Source of the DNA: Chrysomallon squamiferum
Taxonomy: Eukaryota; Animalia; Mollusca
NCBI GenBank assembly: GCA_012295275.1
Contig: CM022674.1
Location: 7,316,001 to 7,380,000 of the forward strand
Length of the DNA stretch: 64,000 bases
Direction of reading: 5' to 3'
Below are positions 50,601 through 64,000 of the stretch, piece after piece. Below the pieces are notes generated by a model that was not told the origin of the DNA, searched no databases, and worked only from the letters and a program-made list of their open reading frames with translations. Positions within the stretch are counted from its first letter, which is position 1, and the number at the start of each line of letters is the position of its first letter. Made by a program: the position numbers and the translations under genes.

Positions 50601-51605
50601 CATTCAAAGGCAAAATGAAAAGATATGTATGAACGTGAATACTGATAAAAACCGATATAACACACTTCAAATAAATAATATATATCCAGATACTCAAGAA
50701 AAAACAAACAAACATGCAGTTTAACAAAATGCACCTAATCTATTGTTAAAATATAGAATAATATGGCTCTACAAAAAAAAAATAAAATAAAATAAAAACA
50801 AATAAAAACAAATATTAATAAATAAAAAAAAGAGAAAAAATTAAATAATAATAAAATAAATAAAAATAAAAATAATTTATAAAAACAAATAAAAATACAA
50901 CAAACAAAAAAATCATTAACTGTAAGGCATTTTAAATTAGGATTTTGTTACTAAAAATCAATAAGATTATTTTCATTTATTAAAAAAAAGAAATGAAAAA
51001 AAAAGAATTAAAAAAAAAGGATTTTCCTGCAATGAGTTAACAGTGAAAGTGAAACAGTCAAGTATCCAAGCAACATGCAGTAAAACATTGTAATAAATAT
51101 GTTAATGAGGAGAATCCTTTTCCTTAAACTATATTTATCTACGTAAAGCTATGGTGTGAAAGAATTTATCTTTATTTTTTAATTACTTGTCTATTTTATA
51201 TATTGAGTTAATATATAAACAAGACATTTGACGAAGAAAATAAATATTAATTATTATACATGTGTTTTAGTACAGACAAAAATATCTGTAAAGAGTGCAG
51301 AAGAAAGAAGAAATTCTGAAGCAAGGTAAAATAAATTTAAATCTGAACTGATTAATAATGGGTAGAGGTGTGTTTTAAAAAGAATATTGAATACTCAAGT
51401 ATGTGAATATATGTTTGTCTATATTGAGTGTGTGTGTGTGTGTGTGTGTGTGTTTTTATTATTTATTAATATTTCATATAAAATGTTTGTGTATGTTTAT
51501 TGCATTATTATTTATAATTCATATATATATATTATGTATATGTGTGTATGCATGCATGTGCAGATATACATTATGCATTTGTGTATGTGTATTCATTATT
51601 GATTT

Positions 51606-51645
<40 letters not shown>

Positions 51646-54015
51646 TGTGTATGTTTACTTCATTACTGATTTATACTCATTGTATCTGTTTAGGTGTAAG
51701 AGTATATTTATGTTATCTAGGTACACACATTTGTGCATTATTTGTGAATGTTTGGATATCTGTATTTGTACTTATGTTTGGGTAAGTGTGGTAATGGTAC
51801 AAATGTTTGTATGTGTATTGATTGTTTCAAAAACAAAACTGATATCTTTAATAAGATACAAAACAGCTCAAACCAGATAATTGTACAAAATAAATTAATA
51901 AATAAATCAGTAAGTCTTAAAATTCTCTTTTCTAATTATGTGCGTTTAAGTTACATTTTTAATGTAGTATTAAATTTTGCTAAATTATTTTGAATAATCA
52001 AAACTGCAATAAAAATTAAATGCATTTGGAAACATCTGAAACTTTGTCATCTATGCTGAAGAAACTTACTAATAATAAATACTAGAATGCTAATAAAAAT
52101 TACTACAAACTAGACTTAAGCAGTCACTTATTGCCACTTCACTTCTATCAATAAATAATTTCTGAAATTACGATCCTTAATCCTCGAGCAAAAATAACGT
52201 GCTCATAAAAGACAAACGTTACAAATTCACTTATCAGACTGAGTCAACGAAAAAAGAGCATTGACAACATGGACAAAAAATCTACAAAGACTAGTATCAA
52301 ACTGCAGAAAAATTAAAATCGACAATTACAAATGGTGCAATATTAAATTTTATTCGACTAGTGTAGATACTGTCAAAAATTAATATCTTGTTAGTTCTTA
52401 CTTATTTTACTTGTTTTGCTCTATTTCTATTTTTCTTCATGTATTTTCTTCATATACATATCTTTTTTTTTAATTCTATAATTCACAAAGTTTAGCAAAG
52501 AAAATGTTAAACAATTTTATTTATTAATTGTCAAAATGATGTCACAGACAACATTTTTTCTGTTTTTATCTCAGCACTTGTTTTATTAGATACTGCAAAA
52601 TTTTCAACAGGTACTCGCATTTATTATTTTTTATTTATCTGATCATTTAATTACTTGATTATTTCTTTACATGTATTTTTTATTTTTATTTAATTTTTTT
52701 TTTTTTTTTATATCACTGATGTTCTACATTCAAATGATCTGTTTTTCACATTCAAATATTTGTAATTTTTATTTTCACATATTTTAATATGTGAACTATC
52801 TAATATAATAAATAAAACAAAATGTTATCACAAGCACACATTTCACACACACTGTCTATCTCTGTCTCACACACACATACACACAGACAAATGATACAAA
52901 ATGCCATGTTACTATTAAATGCATTTTTGTGTTAACATTACTAGAACATTGCACTTCAAGTGTCAATAAAAGAAATAAGAAATAAAAAATTATCCGTAAA
53001 AAGACAATGCCCAAATTATTAATCAAATTAAAAAACATTTGTTTTAAGATTTGTGTATTTTTTAAGGAACACATATGATACAATCTGAAAATTCAAACAT
53101 AACCATTAACATTTATTATTATTATTTTTTTTTTTTATTGTTATTATTTAGGCCATATGTAATCTTTTATCTTGTTATTATTTTCTTTATTTTAAAATAT
53201 TTATCATTAACTTTTATCATCATCATTATTATTATTATATTTGTTTGAATTTTTAATATATTTTTTTCTTTTTAATCCATTTTTCATTACATAATATTAT
53301 TGTTATTTTTTAAGCTGTCACCGTTTTACCATGTTAAAAATAAATATTTCTAAGGCAATGTGACAGAGATGCGAAATACGACAGTTATACTATAAACATC
53401 AATCTACGTATTTAACTCACTACATGATATATTATATATACAGTCTGATTAAAATGATCAATGATGGTGCCTGGCTACTGAAATAAGTTGTAAATAATCT
53501 TCTAGTGGACATATAATATTTCTGTGTTTTAATTTTTTTTTTTCTTCTTCAAAACAGAAATAAATTTAAATTCAATAATATATATCAAAGAATTTTTAAA
53601 ATGACCGATAATCTTAAATAATTTCAAGTGTTTGTTATAAGTCAGTTTAATTATCTGTTCTTAATTCATGTCAAATATATTTTGTATTCACTAGAGGAGT
53701 GGCATATTAACAATATCAGAAAAATGTATGCAAGACATTTAAGATTTCTCAGTGATTTTCAGACTAGTGATTCTTTAAACATTCTTTAAATTCTGAATCA
53801 AAGTTACAGTGCTGCTAGAAAAGTTTTCAAAGTCAAAATTATTATTCATTTAAAGACATATTTTCCAGAATTACAATTTAATTAAAAAACAGTATTTTCC
53901 CAAGTTTTAAATAAAAATTACAATTCTATTAGAAAACTTAATTTTTGCTATCCATCTACACAGAGAATGAAAAAAACCCCATCCATATTGTATTCAATGC
54001 AATACATACATATAC

Positions 54016-54097
<82 letters not shown>

Positions 54098-54291
54098 GTA
54101 TTTATGTCAGGCAGATATGAAAGTAACCCTGTAATCAAGAGTCAAACTGCAGCATTTTAAAAAAAAAAGATTCTTATTTCAGCAGCTGAAGGCAGACACC
54201 AGGAAATTGCTTAGGAATAAATATCATCTTTGGTTTTCGGCTCAAAATTTTAAATTTCAACAAAACTTTCCAATTATATAAATAATTTTAA

Positions 54292-54624
54292 CCCTTTCAG
54301 AACTGACAAAATATTTCTATGGTATGCAGAAACTTTTCATTATAATGTTTAAAAATTAATTTTGCCATATTTAGCAATAGAATGATTTGTAAGTTCATGT
54401 ACACTCTGTAAATGGAAGTTACCTGCAATCTGATTGGCCAGCTGATGAACACCCAACCAATGGCAGCTGCCTTTAATTTGACTGGCTTATTCTGATTTGC
54501 CAGTCAACAGTACAGACTACTTTATCCAGTGTTCAAGCAGAAACTTTCACAAAAACTGTTTTACTCATGCAGTGATTTAGGCTAGATTTACAACTCTGAT
54601 ATTGGTGTCACAGAACTAAAAGGG
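54292..54624. mobile_element. Putative non-autonomous piggyBac-type element (MITE), 333 bp
   Basis: TTAA|CCCTTTCAGAACTGACAAAATAT ... ATATTGGTGTCACAGAACTAAAAGGG|TTAA: imperfect terminal inverted repeats starting CCC and flanked by TTAA on both sides; no ORF. Confidence 0.55.
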
Positions 54625-55054
54625 TTAAAATAGAAAGTCCAAACTTGGACAATGAAAGATCAGCTAGTTTACAAAGTAATGTTTGATTGTAGTTAAAAAG
54701 ATTCTAGTTTAAAATTTTAAAATGATTTCTAACTCCTCATCATCCAGTAAGCAGACAGACTGTTTTCTCAATCTGAAATAAAAATAAGAATTTATCATCA
54801 TCATTTTTACCATCATTTTTATCATTATCATCATCATTTTTTTTCTTATCACTATCATCATCATCATACTTGTCATTATAGTTATTGTTATCACAGGTAT
54901 TATATTGTTAATAACTTGCATTAACAACTTCATTTAATAACTAGTAACTTCAGTAACATTAATAACAGATTAACAAAATTATGCTGATAAACAACTCTAG
55001 TAACTTGCTTAAACTAACAGCTAGTACTATACATTTTTATAAACTTAACTCACT

Positions 55055-57085
55055 CTACTTGTAGCGGAATTTCTTGATGCAGTCGTTTCCGAGATCAACA
55101 ACGACAACGTGGAAGTCGGAGGTTGTCGCAAGTCCACTGGGACGTTTCAGCTTGCTGTCAAAGCTATCAATACAGAACAAAAGTTTTCCACTGGAATTCA
55201 GAACCTGCACTAAACCTTTTCCTTTCTCCATTTTTGTCGCAAGAATATGGCCACCAGCATCCACAATAATCCCTCCATACTGACCTTTCCCCGTGTCAGG
55301 AAGGCGGCGAGAGAACTTCCCGTCCTTACTGAATATCTGGATTCTGTGATCGGTGACTAGAATTTCATCACACTTGCCCACCGATATGGCTGAAATCAGC
55401 TTGAACTGTCCATCCTTCTCTCCCTTGCTTCCGAAAGTGGTGATGAGAATTCCTGAAGGGTCGAAAATGAACACTTTTCCAGCGCTGCTGTCAGCGATGA
55501 TGATGTCCCCGCGACTGTTCACGGCAATGTCTATAGGCTCGACGAACTCTTGAGTGGTGAATTTTTTGACTAGATCTCCTTCCGTTGTCATGATGGAGAC
55601 GAACTTCGTTCTCCAGTTGATGACTGCCAGGTTGCCTTCTGGGGTGACCGACAACCCTGTTGCACTCTGACTCTCCAGCCCTGCTGGGCCGATGTGTCGT
55701 ATAACATCGCCGTTGGCGCTGAGGACAACAATCCTGCTGTTGCCGGTGTCGAGGATGTAGATGTTGCCTCCAGCATCGACTGATACCCGTACAGGCTGAA
55801 CCAGATTCATCTGTCCAGTTCCACGAGATCCGAATCTCCAAACTGAGTTTATGTGATCAGTAACAGGAACCCTGAACGGGCTTCCTTTGATTGGGCGACA
55901 GAAGATACTGATACACAACTTCATGTCGCCAGACTTAGGAGGAACAAACAGTATATCATACGTTCCGTCATCGTTGTCCTTGACCTTCGTCTCAACGAGG
56001 TCACCGGTGTCGGTGCGCAATTCGCAAGTCACCGGGTCAGATCCACTGGAACGTGGGTTGCCATGGTAATCAACTGTAGACACTTTGACGCCAGATCGAA
56101 GGTGGGTCGTGGCCTCATTGATCTTGGCTGTGGACAGAGCAGGAAACGTGGTGCTCACTTTGATCTGCCCGTACTTCGCGACAGCTCGAGCAATTTCCTT
56201 CAGTGCGTCATTGTGCTTGTACTCGTACTTGATGAAGGAGTTCTCTCTCGGCTCAGCGAGGGTGCTGGTCGTGTCCAGCTTCTCGTTGAGGTCTCCGATT
56301 TTCTTTGTGATGTTCCTCACCTCCACCTGGTACTGCAGCCCGTCGCACTCGTGCTGCACACGCTCCTTCTCCGCCTGGATCAGGTCCAGCTGCTCCTTCA
56401 GGATCGTCTTCTTCTCCTCCCGAATCTTCCTCACCCACTGCAGGCACTCGTGCCTGCGCTTGTCAATCACCATGACGACGTCCTGGAACGACCGGTTTAT
56501 CTGATCGAGCGTCCTGTCCACAGAGTGTTCGAGCCTGTGCAGCTCCTCCGAGACGTTCTCGTAGGCGTTGTTCAAGTTCTTGATGCACAGGTGCGCCTTG
56601 TAGAGGAGGATCTCTGACATGCGTTTGATGGCGATGGCGAAGGGGATGACAGTGTGCTCGCTGGCACCTCGGTCATTGTGGTCCCCCTCGGTGCACAGCA
56701 CACAGAAGACGATATCACAGGTCTCGCAGAACAGAAGTTCCTGGTTGGAATGAACGGAACACTTGGGGATGATGTCGCGCCTCTGGCTGGCCATTAAGTC
56801 AAGAAGCTGGTTGACGAGGAAACTGGCGGGGAAAGCCATGACTCCGCCCTGTGGTAAAGTGATGACTTCGCGGCATATCGGGCAGCGAAAGGAGCCAGTG
56901 TCCAGCGTCTGTGCGGCTATGATTCTCTCCAGACAGCCGCGGCAGACGGTGTGGGAACAAGGGAGGAGTTTTGGGTGGTGCTCAAGGCCATCATACATAC
57001 ACAGGCAGGTCCCGCAGGTGAGGAAGCTGTCGTTGAAGTCTTCGTAGTTGAGTGAGACAGTCTCCACAAGCGTTGATGGCATCAT
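55055..57085 (-). CDS. TRIM-NHL protein (TRIM2/TRIM3-like; RING, B-box, coiled coil, filamin, NHL repeats), at least 676 aa
   Basis: RING (CGTC...LPCSHTVCRGC...CPIC), B-box (CSVH...FCETC..FCVLC...H), coiled coil, filamin (DNDDGTY...PIKGSPF), NHL propeller ending DLGNDCIKKFRYK. A splice acceptor (ctttccag|TT ATG) precedes 57087, so the ORF-track start at 57133 is intronic; upstream exon(s) not identified. The N-terminus resembles the invertebrate NHL-3-type subfamily (from memory, unverified). Confidence 0.93.
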   Translation of the reverse strand: MMPSTLVETVSLNYEDFNDSFLTCGTCLCMYDGLEHHPKLLPCSHTVCRGCLERIIAAQTLDTGSFRCPICREVITLPQGGVMAFPASFLVNQLLDLMASQRRDIIPKCSVHSNQELLFCETCDIVFCVLCTEGDHNDRGASEHTVIPFAIAIKRMSEILLYKAHLCIKNLNNAYENVSEELHRLEHSVDRTLDQINRSFQDVVMVIDKRRHECLQWVRKIREEKKTILKEQLDLIQAEKERVQHECDGLQYQVEVRNITKKIGDLNEKLDTTSTLAEPRENSFIKYEYKHNDALKEIARAVAKYGQIKVSTTFPALSTAKINEATTHLRSGVKVSTVDYHGNPRSSGSDPVTCELRTDTGDLVETKVKDNDDGTYDILFVPPKSGDMKLCISIFCRPIKGSPFRVPVTDHINSVWRFGSRGTGQMNLVQPVRVSVDAGGNIYILDTGNSRIVVLSANGDVIRHIGPAGLESQSATGLSVTPEGNLAVINWRTKFVSIMTTEGDLVKKFTTQEFVEPIDIAVNSRGDIIIADSSAGKVFIFDPSGILITTFGSKGEKDGQFKLISAISVGKCDEILVTDHRIQIFSKDGKFSRRLPDTGKGQYGGIIVDAGGHILATKMEKGKGLVQVLNSSGKLLFCIDSFDSKLKRPSGLATTSDFHVVVVDLGNDCIKKFRYK

Positions 57086-58884
57086 AACTGGAAAGATGAA
57101 GAAGGAAAGAAACTTTGAACAGATGTTTGACACGGTGCTGATGTTGCTGATGACATCACAGGTGTGAAACAGAAAAACACAGATTTTATAACAGTGGTTT
57201 AATTAACTAGCACTGATGCTTTAACACAAGAACATTTTCTTAAATAAAATAACAATTAAAAATATTAATCAGCAGATGCCACAGATGTGATTTAATATTT
57301 AATACATTTTAATAACAACAATCAGGTAAATGCACTGCTATTTTTGTTACCAAAATACCTAAAACATATTTCTTTACAACTGATCCTACCTAATACAACA
57401 CAGAGAACAAAAAAACATATATATAATCTATATATAAAATACAAAAAATATATATAATAAAAATTAAAAAAAAGACGCCAAAATATAAAAATTTATTAAT
57501 TAGTAATAATCACCTCATTACTTAGCAGAATTTTTTTATAAATAAATGAATAAATAGATTAATAAATAAAAATAAATAATATCATTATCATCAACAATAA
57601 AGAAATCAGATTCTAAAAACTTTATAATAGAAAATTATAACGTTTAACAACAGCGATGTGTACTATCATACTTACCTCCATGTAATACAGCTGATAGCTC
57701 ACAACACCTAAGACATACAACTAATCAGTAATCAAAAATAAACTTACACTGTTATGTATCACTGTCAAAAAATTAGAACACTTGTTATCATTTTGGCAAT
57801 GTGACTATGGATGAGTGCATTGGGGAGGGGGATAGAAGTCAAAAATAGACAAAGAATTTCTCTGCTGTTAAGCAGAAAATCAAAAATAGAACAGTTCCAG
57901 ATGTTCGTATGATGTCACAGACTCACATTTGTATGCACTACTTAGCTTTGAACCTGTTTTTTTGCCAAACTATCCCCCCACACATACATACATACATTCA
58001 CACATTCATCTGTGTTTTGCAAAAGGAAATACTCTTGGAAAAAGAACAACTTTACTTTTTAACAAAAAAAGTTAAAATAAATAAATAAGTCATATAAACC
58101 CCCCAAAAATAAATAACCCCAAACAGATCCTCCCCCACAAAAAAACAATAACAACAAGAAACTAAATTGTGAATAATAATAATAATAATAATAATAATAC
58201 AACAAAGATAACACAAAGATATAAAATGAATAACCCAAATATCTCAAAATATAAAGAAGTTTGGAATGGAAGATAATAATTATTATTAATCATACTATAT
58301 TTGGAAAAAAAACGGAAAAAAACAACAAAGAAGAGATAAATAACAAAGCAATAAATGAAGCAGAATAAAACAAGCCAAACATATTAACAATATTCACACT
58401 TCAATCTCAATAATATCTAAAAAAAAAAAAATCTTTCTTCTATTCAGTCTTATCTTTTTTCTCCTCTCTATTTAATATATTGATTTCAAGCAACACTGAA
58501 TCACATTAGTGCTATCTATTGCAAATACTGGATGAAAAAAAAAAAAAAAAACCCTGACGGAAATACATGGACTATATTTGGAAAGTGTAAGAGGCATAAA
58601 GAAAAATTATTGAAAATCTTTGAGATCCCCAATAGCTCCCGTCTGTCGATTAATTACTTTATCAAACGCTGGGGACGAGGAAACAGTTTCTGAACTGAAC
58701 TGCAGAATGTTTTGTTCTTGAGATAAGATTTGCCAGGAACAGAAGTAGGAGCAAGGTGACCAGTTTGATGTGGTGTGACATAAAAAAAACAATTGGCATC
58801 AAATTATGAAGTTGGGTTCAGGTATTAAAGGTTGTGAAAGGGTGGGTAGGGGTAGTGAAGGTATAGAAAGGGTAGGGTTAAAAA

Positions 58885-58973
<89 letters not shown>

Positions 58974-60228
58974 TGAGAAATTGAAAGGGTTATTAAAACT
59001 GTCAGAAGATAGAGATATTGTAAGGATAAAGGTGTTTAAAAACAAGAAGGGGAGCATAGGAGAGAGAGAAATGGACTGGAAAAAATGAGGGATGAAGGAA
59101 AGGAAGAAAGAAGGAATGAAAGGGTAAAATCAACAAAAATGAAAATAAAAATAATATTAAGAAATTCAAATTCTGGTGACAGAGAATGGAAAGAAAGATA
59201 TTTGAGGTGCAGGAAGAAAGAAGAAATGAATAACAAATATAAACTGATGCTAAATGAAAGAACGAAATCTACATCATTAAACAGAGACCTGCAAAATTTG
59301 TAATTTGAAATGTTGCTAAGAAAATAAACAAATTCTATTTTAAACTGTGCTTTGTTTCCCAGAGTCATTAAAGTCACGATAAATCTCCAACTCAATTTAA
59401 TTAATCTGAGAGTAAAATAAACACTCGTACTAAACGGCGTGACATACGAGTTATTTTTACACCAACTGCTAGAAGGTTATCTCACTGTACTGAACACAGA
59501 CACAAATGTCTAACAAGTGTTCTTACTTTCTTGTATCCAGCCACATGCACACACAGGAAACCAAACAGCAAGAAGTGAAAGCACAGTGACACAAAGCAGA
59601 CAGAAAATGTGGCCAGATAAAGCCAGGTTATTTATAACAATACTCATTGTTACACATGATTACTGCCACATTAAGTGACCTTAAAACCAGCATTGACCAA
59701 TTCAAGAAGTGAGAGTAGTACATGTGCCTGTGTGATATCAAATTTAACATGTGCATACACTCTGTATATCTATATTATGTAATGTAATATTAAACTTGGT
59801 AACATAAAAACAGACTTGACAGATACAAGGTGTATAGTATATGCAATTGCATGATATCAAGTTTAACATATAAAATAATAGTATCTTGTTAATGTTAACA
59901 GATATAACACTTGTAATCTCTCTTCTCATTTCATTGAATACTTTCTTTCTTAGACAATTTAAACAAATATTTTCTTAAATAAACTGGATATTTAAACACA
60001 AATATTGTTTTGAATTTGTTAGATAATTCACCCCAGATGTATTTAGTTGGATGTTATATTTATGATGTTAGACAGTTTTCAGAATTACAGCATCATTTAA
60101 AACTGTTTAAAATTTTATTGGATAATAACTACATTAACTGTTTGTCTGGCAGCCTATTAAAAACATATACATTTTTATCTACTTTTCATAATTATGTTTC
60201 AGTGAATGGCAATTAGTATTGTACCTTC

Positions 60229-60264
<36 letters not shown>

Positions 60265-60760
60265 AAAAAAGAAGGCAAGAGAATGAACTCAAAGTAAAAC
60301 AAAAACAAACAAATAACAATAATAATAGAAAACAAACAAATAACAATAATAACAAAACAACAGCAATAAAATTAATTATATACAATTTTCACTGATCTAA
60401 TTTACAATGCTGTACAATTTTTGTAGTTTACTGGAAGTAGGTTTTTCTGTCACACGGGATAATATTAACAAACATAAATATTCATGTTGGTTTAAAAGAA
60501 GAAAGGAAATCAATAATCTTCAGAGAAAAAAGGAACAAGAACTGGCTGATTAATGACATCCCTGCACAACCACTGATCAATAATCATCGGTTAATTCACT
60601 AATCAAAATATGCATCAATTAGTTCAGTGACCCATCTCAACACACTGACCCAAGTAACTGTGAATCTCCAATTTTAGATTACGCCTTTAATGAATTTGAC
60701 CTTTGTAGATATCTGATTTAAATTCTGGATTATATCTAGTCATTGATTCTTAGTCACAGC

Positions 60761-61007
60761 AAACTCTAGATTACTTTTACACTTACATTGTTGGTACAAT
60801 AAACTCTAGATAACTTTTACACTTATACTGTTGGGTACAATAAACTCTAGATAACTTTTACACTTATACTGTTGGGTACAATGAACTCTAGATAACTTTT
60901 ACACTTATACTGTTGGTTACAATAAACTCTAGATAACTTTTACACTTATACTGTTGGTTACAATAAACTCTAGACTATTTCTACACATTAATTTCTGTTT
61001 ACAATAA
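60761..61007. repeat. 41-bp minisatellite, about 6 copies
   Basis: aaactctagataacttttacacttatactgttgg(g/t)tacaat units at 60761, 60801, 60842, 60883, 60924 and 60965 (last one degenerate). Confidence 0.93.
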
Positions 61008-62120
61008 AATGTGCAAATTTGACCTTGTGACCTTGATACATTTTGACCTTAATATTACTGACCTTCATAAATGTGATCTCACAATGCTAACTGTAACCTT
61101 GGTAAACATAAAGCTCACATTGATATCCTTGACTTTTGTAAATGCTAATCCTGTTTTTGTTACCTTGGTAACTGCATACCTCTAATTAGTGTCACCTTGG
61201 TAAATATGCACCTCAAATTAACAAAAACGACCATGGTAATTATGGATTTTACATTTTTATTGCACTAAATGAACAGAAATAAAACAATTCCCAAATGAAA
61301 AACAGACAGAAACCGTTACTCAAATCAGTTGACTGATGTGAAACATATTTTATGTGTTTTTTTATGCTCAGATTAAAACATGGCTGACAGAAAAAGATAA
61401 ACAAACTTTAGCATGGTGAATTTGTCATGTAACAAATAAACTAAACATGCTACAACTTGATCTAAACCAAATTGAGAAAACAGCAGTATCTGTCATTATG
61501 AACAAGCCATAACAATTAAATTAAAGTAAGTTAACGTAAATGTTTTTTTTTTTTTTATAAAAAGAATAATAAAATAAAAAATAAAAAAAACAACAAAAAA
61601 AAAAGCTAATAAATAAAAAGAAAGAACAACCTAAAAATAAAAATTAAAAACAAAAAACATCAGGAGATATTTCTCTTTGCAGCTTAGAAGATAAATAATC
61701 AATACAGAAAATGTGATATGTTACCATGAGGGGTTAAATACTTGATATATTTAATTTTGAAACTGATGTTTTAAACAAATAACTTTTTCTCGAAAGTTGA
61801 CATGATGACTGAAAGAAAATTCTTGAAAAAAAAAGAAAGAAAAAAAACTAAATGTTATAGATTAAAAATATAATTGTGAAATACTGAAACGAATTATCTC
61901 AACAAACACACCCACACACATGCACTTGAATACAAAACCCTTCTAAAACACATATTTCATAAATTAACAAATTAACAACTACTACTCACATTTATCCAAT
62001 TCCAGCTTAAGAATGAAAAATAATTTTCTATCTTCTGATTTCAAGACAAAAGCAAAACTTACCTTTACTTTACACACACTTCAAAACCAGCCCACCAACA
62101 CAGGTGTATATGTTAACCAG

Positions 62121-62151
<31 letters not shown>

Positions 62152-62592
62152 CCAATCTGATAAAATGAGAATTTATCTCGTTTGTCCACAAACTGACCAG
62201 TACTTACAAAGTCTGGGTGGAGAATTGGTAATAAATTTCTGGCCTGTCCACCGCACCTAAACTGACCGACCACCTAAGTGACCAGCACCCTCGTAAAGTA
62301 CCTGCCTATCACAGCCACTCGGATACACAGCAAACTGGCAACTGAAGTCACACTGCAGTAATTATCTGAGTACAGGCTTACTTATTGATTCACCACGTCC
62401 CTCGCTCACAAACACTGGCTTTTATATATCAGCCAGTGAGCCAGCCCCCTGTGAGTAAGTGACCCAGTAAGTGAGCCAGCAGTATGCCAACCAGCCAACC
62501 CCTTCTTCTTTCTTTCTCTCTTCTCTCTCTCTCCTCTTTCTTCCTCTGTCTCTCTTTGTCTCTCTCCTCTTTCTCTTCACTCTCATTCCCTT

Positions 62593-62731
<139 letters not shown>

Positions 62732-64000
62732 ACACACACACCCTTTGTGTTCAAGTGTGTGTGTGTGTGCCAAGATGCAGCAGTATTACCAGCTGGTCAC
62801 TGGGATTGCTTTTTTGAAAGCTAAGTAAAATGACATTTCACCTGCAATGTTTGAAAACTTCCTAATGAAATTTGGCCAATGAATGGGACTTTTCTTTTGA
62901 AAAGTAGCAGAATAAATACTGTGTGTTGACATTTGTTAGTGCAACTTAACAGGGGAAATAAAACTTAACCTTTAAAAAAAAAAAAAAAAAAACCTTTTAA
63001 AAATTAAATAAATGAATAAAAATGAAAGTTGAAATAAGTGGGAATTTAAATTTTTTTTTTTATTAATAATTAATATTAAAAAATTAAGTTTCATGCAATA
63101 ATTTTTTGTTAGAAGCATAGTAAGAAATAATTAGTATAAACATTTACTGCTTTCTATTTTGTGTGTTATTATTTTCTAATCTTATTTATTTATTTATTTT
63201 TTTTTTATTAAATTATTTTGAACACAGAAGTAGTTATTTTCTGTCAGACATTTTTGTGGATATCTTTGTGACTATTTCCATCACACAAAGTTTTTGTTCT
63301 GACAAGTTGTAGGAGTGTCTAAAAGAAATTTCTTCAAGCATGCCTGTTGTGGATCAAATTGCTTTGCGATAATGTTGGTATCCTAATGTCTGAAAACTTC
63401 ATGGTATTTTTTGATGACACAAACATCAGATTACTGTGAGTGTGGATAGTCTGCTATGTTTCTATTAGAAAACTGTTCATGCATGGTTGTCGTGGTCTCT
63501 GATTTCTGTCTAGATTGGGATCTAACGTCAGATACACGAATATTTACACATCTTTGTCATGCAATGTGTGTTCATTGTTTCACATTAATGAACACCGATG
63601 TCAGATTTCCCCATGGACAGAACATTAATTATATAATCACTGGAGTGCGACTGAACAATTATTGTAATTGCAACCAGTTGTGAGGTAAATGGTATATCTC
63701 ACACATGCATATAAATTAATGTATGTCACATGACTAATTTAACTATAATACATTTGCGACTGTACAGTAAATGATGCATTATGTAAATATACATGTGTGT
63801 GTGTGTGTGGAAATAAGGAAATAAAAGTAAAATGTAATATCAATCAATTTAATTAAATGGTTCTGTAATATCACATACACTCTTTTAAATTGGTGACAAT
63901 AACCCAGTGAAACACAAGCTACAAATGAAAAGTTTATTTTTATTTCTGTAAAGCAAGGTAGAGTAAATAAATATGGTAGACTGACTTTTGTTAATGTGTG

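Noticed and set aside
57086-57133. ORF-track N-terminus MSNICSKFLSFFIFPV of the TRIM protein
   Set aside because: GTG start lying in the polypyrimidine tract and acceptor of an intron.
62300-62335. TATCACAGCC matching the 5' end of miR-2 family miRNAs
   Set aside because: No complementary arm nearby to form a pre-miRNA hairpin, and the 3' part does not match.
62376-62430. Minus-strand TATATAAAAG followed by a GTAAGC donor as a TRIM first exon
   Set aside because: Plausible but unsupported without transcript data; the implied exon would be extremely short.

Overview
AT-rich, microsatellite-dense animal genomic DNA with spliceosomal introns; a lophotrochozoan, probably a mollusc (inferred from gene families and composition). 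No prokaryotic features, CRISPR arrays, rRNA or tRNA were seen. Six protein-coding genes were reconstructed by hand with phase-consistent splice sites: (1) a TNF-receptor-superfamily gene (minus, 5697 to past the left edge) with a 13-aa cytoplasmic repeat array, an inferred GC-AG intron and three NF-kB sites upstream; (2,3) a head-to-head pair of paralogous class-B/adhesion-like (Methuselah/latrophilin-like) 7TM receptors with no recognisable GPS, one carrying a 1-nt frameshift in TM3; (4) a 7-exon WFDC1/ps20-like gene with an extra C-terminal Cys module; (5) a 21-finger C2H2 gene with an internally duplicated 6-finger block and a triplicated splice acceptor; (6) a TRIM-NHL (TRIM2/3-like) gene whose recognisable coding region lies in one exon. 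The best candidate for new biology is the receptor pair: both keep a Stachel-like S-F-x-x-L-M segment far from TM1, behind basic cleavage sites, and an SEA-like domain split by a large variable insert. That reading is a hypothesis from pattern recognition and was not tested computationally.
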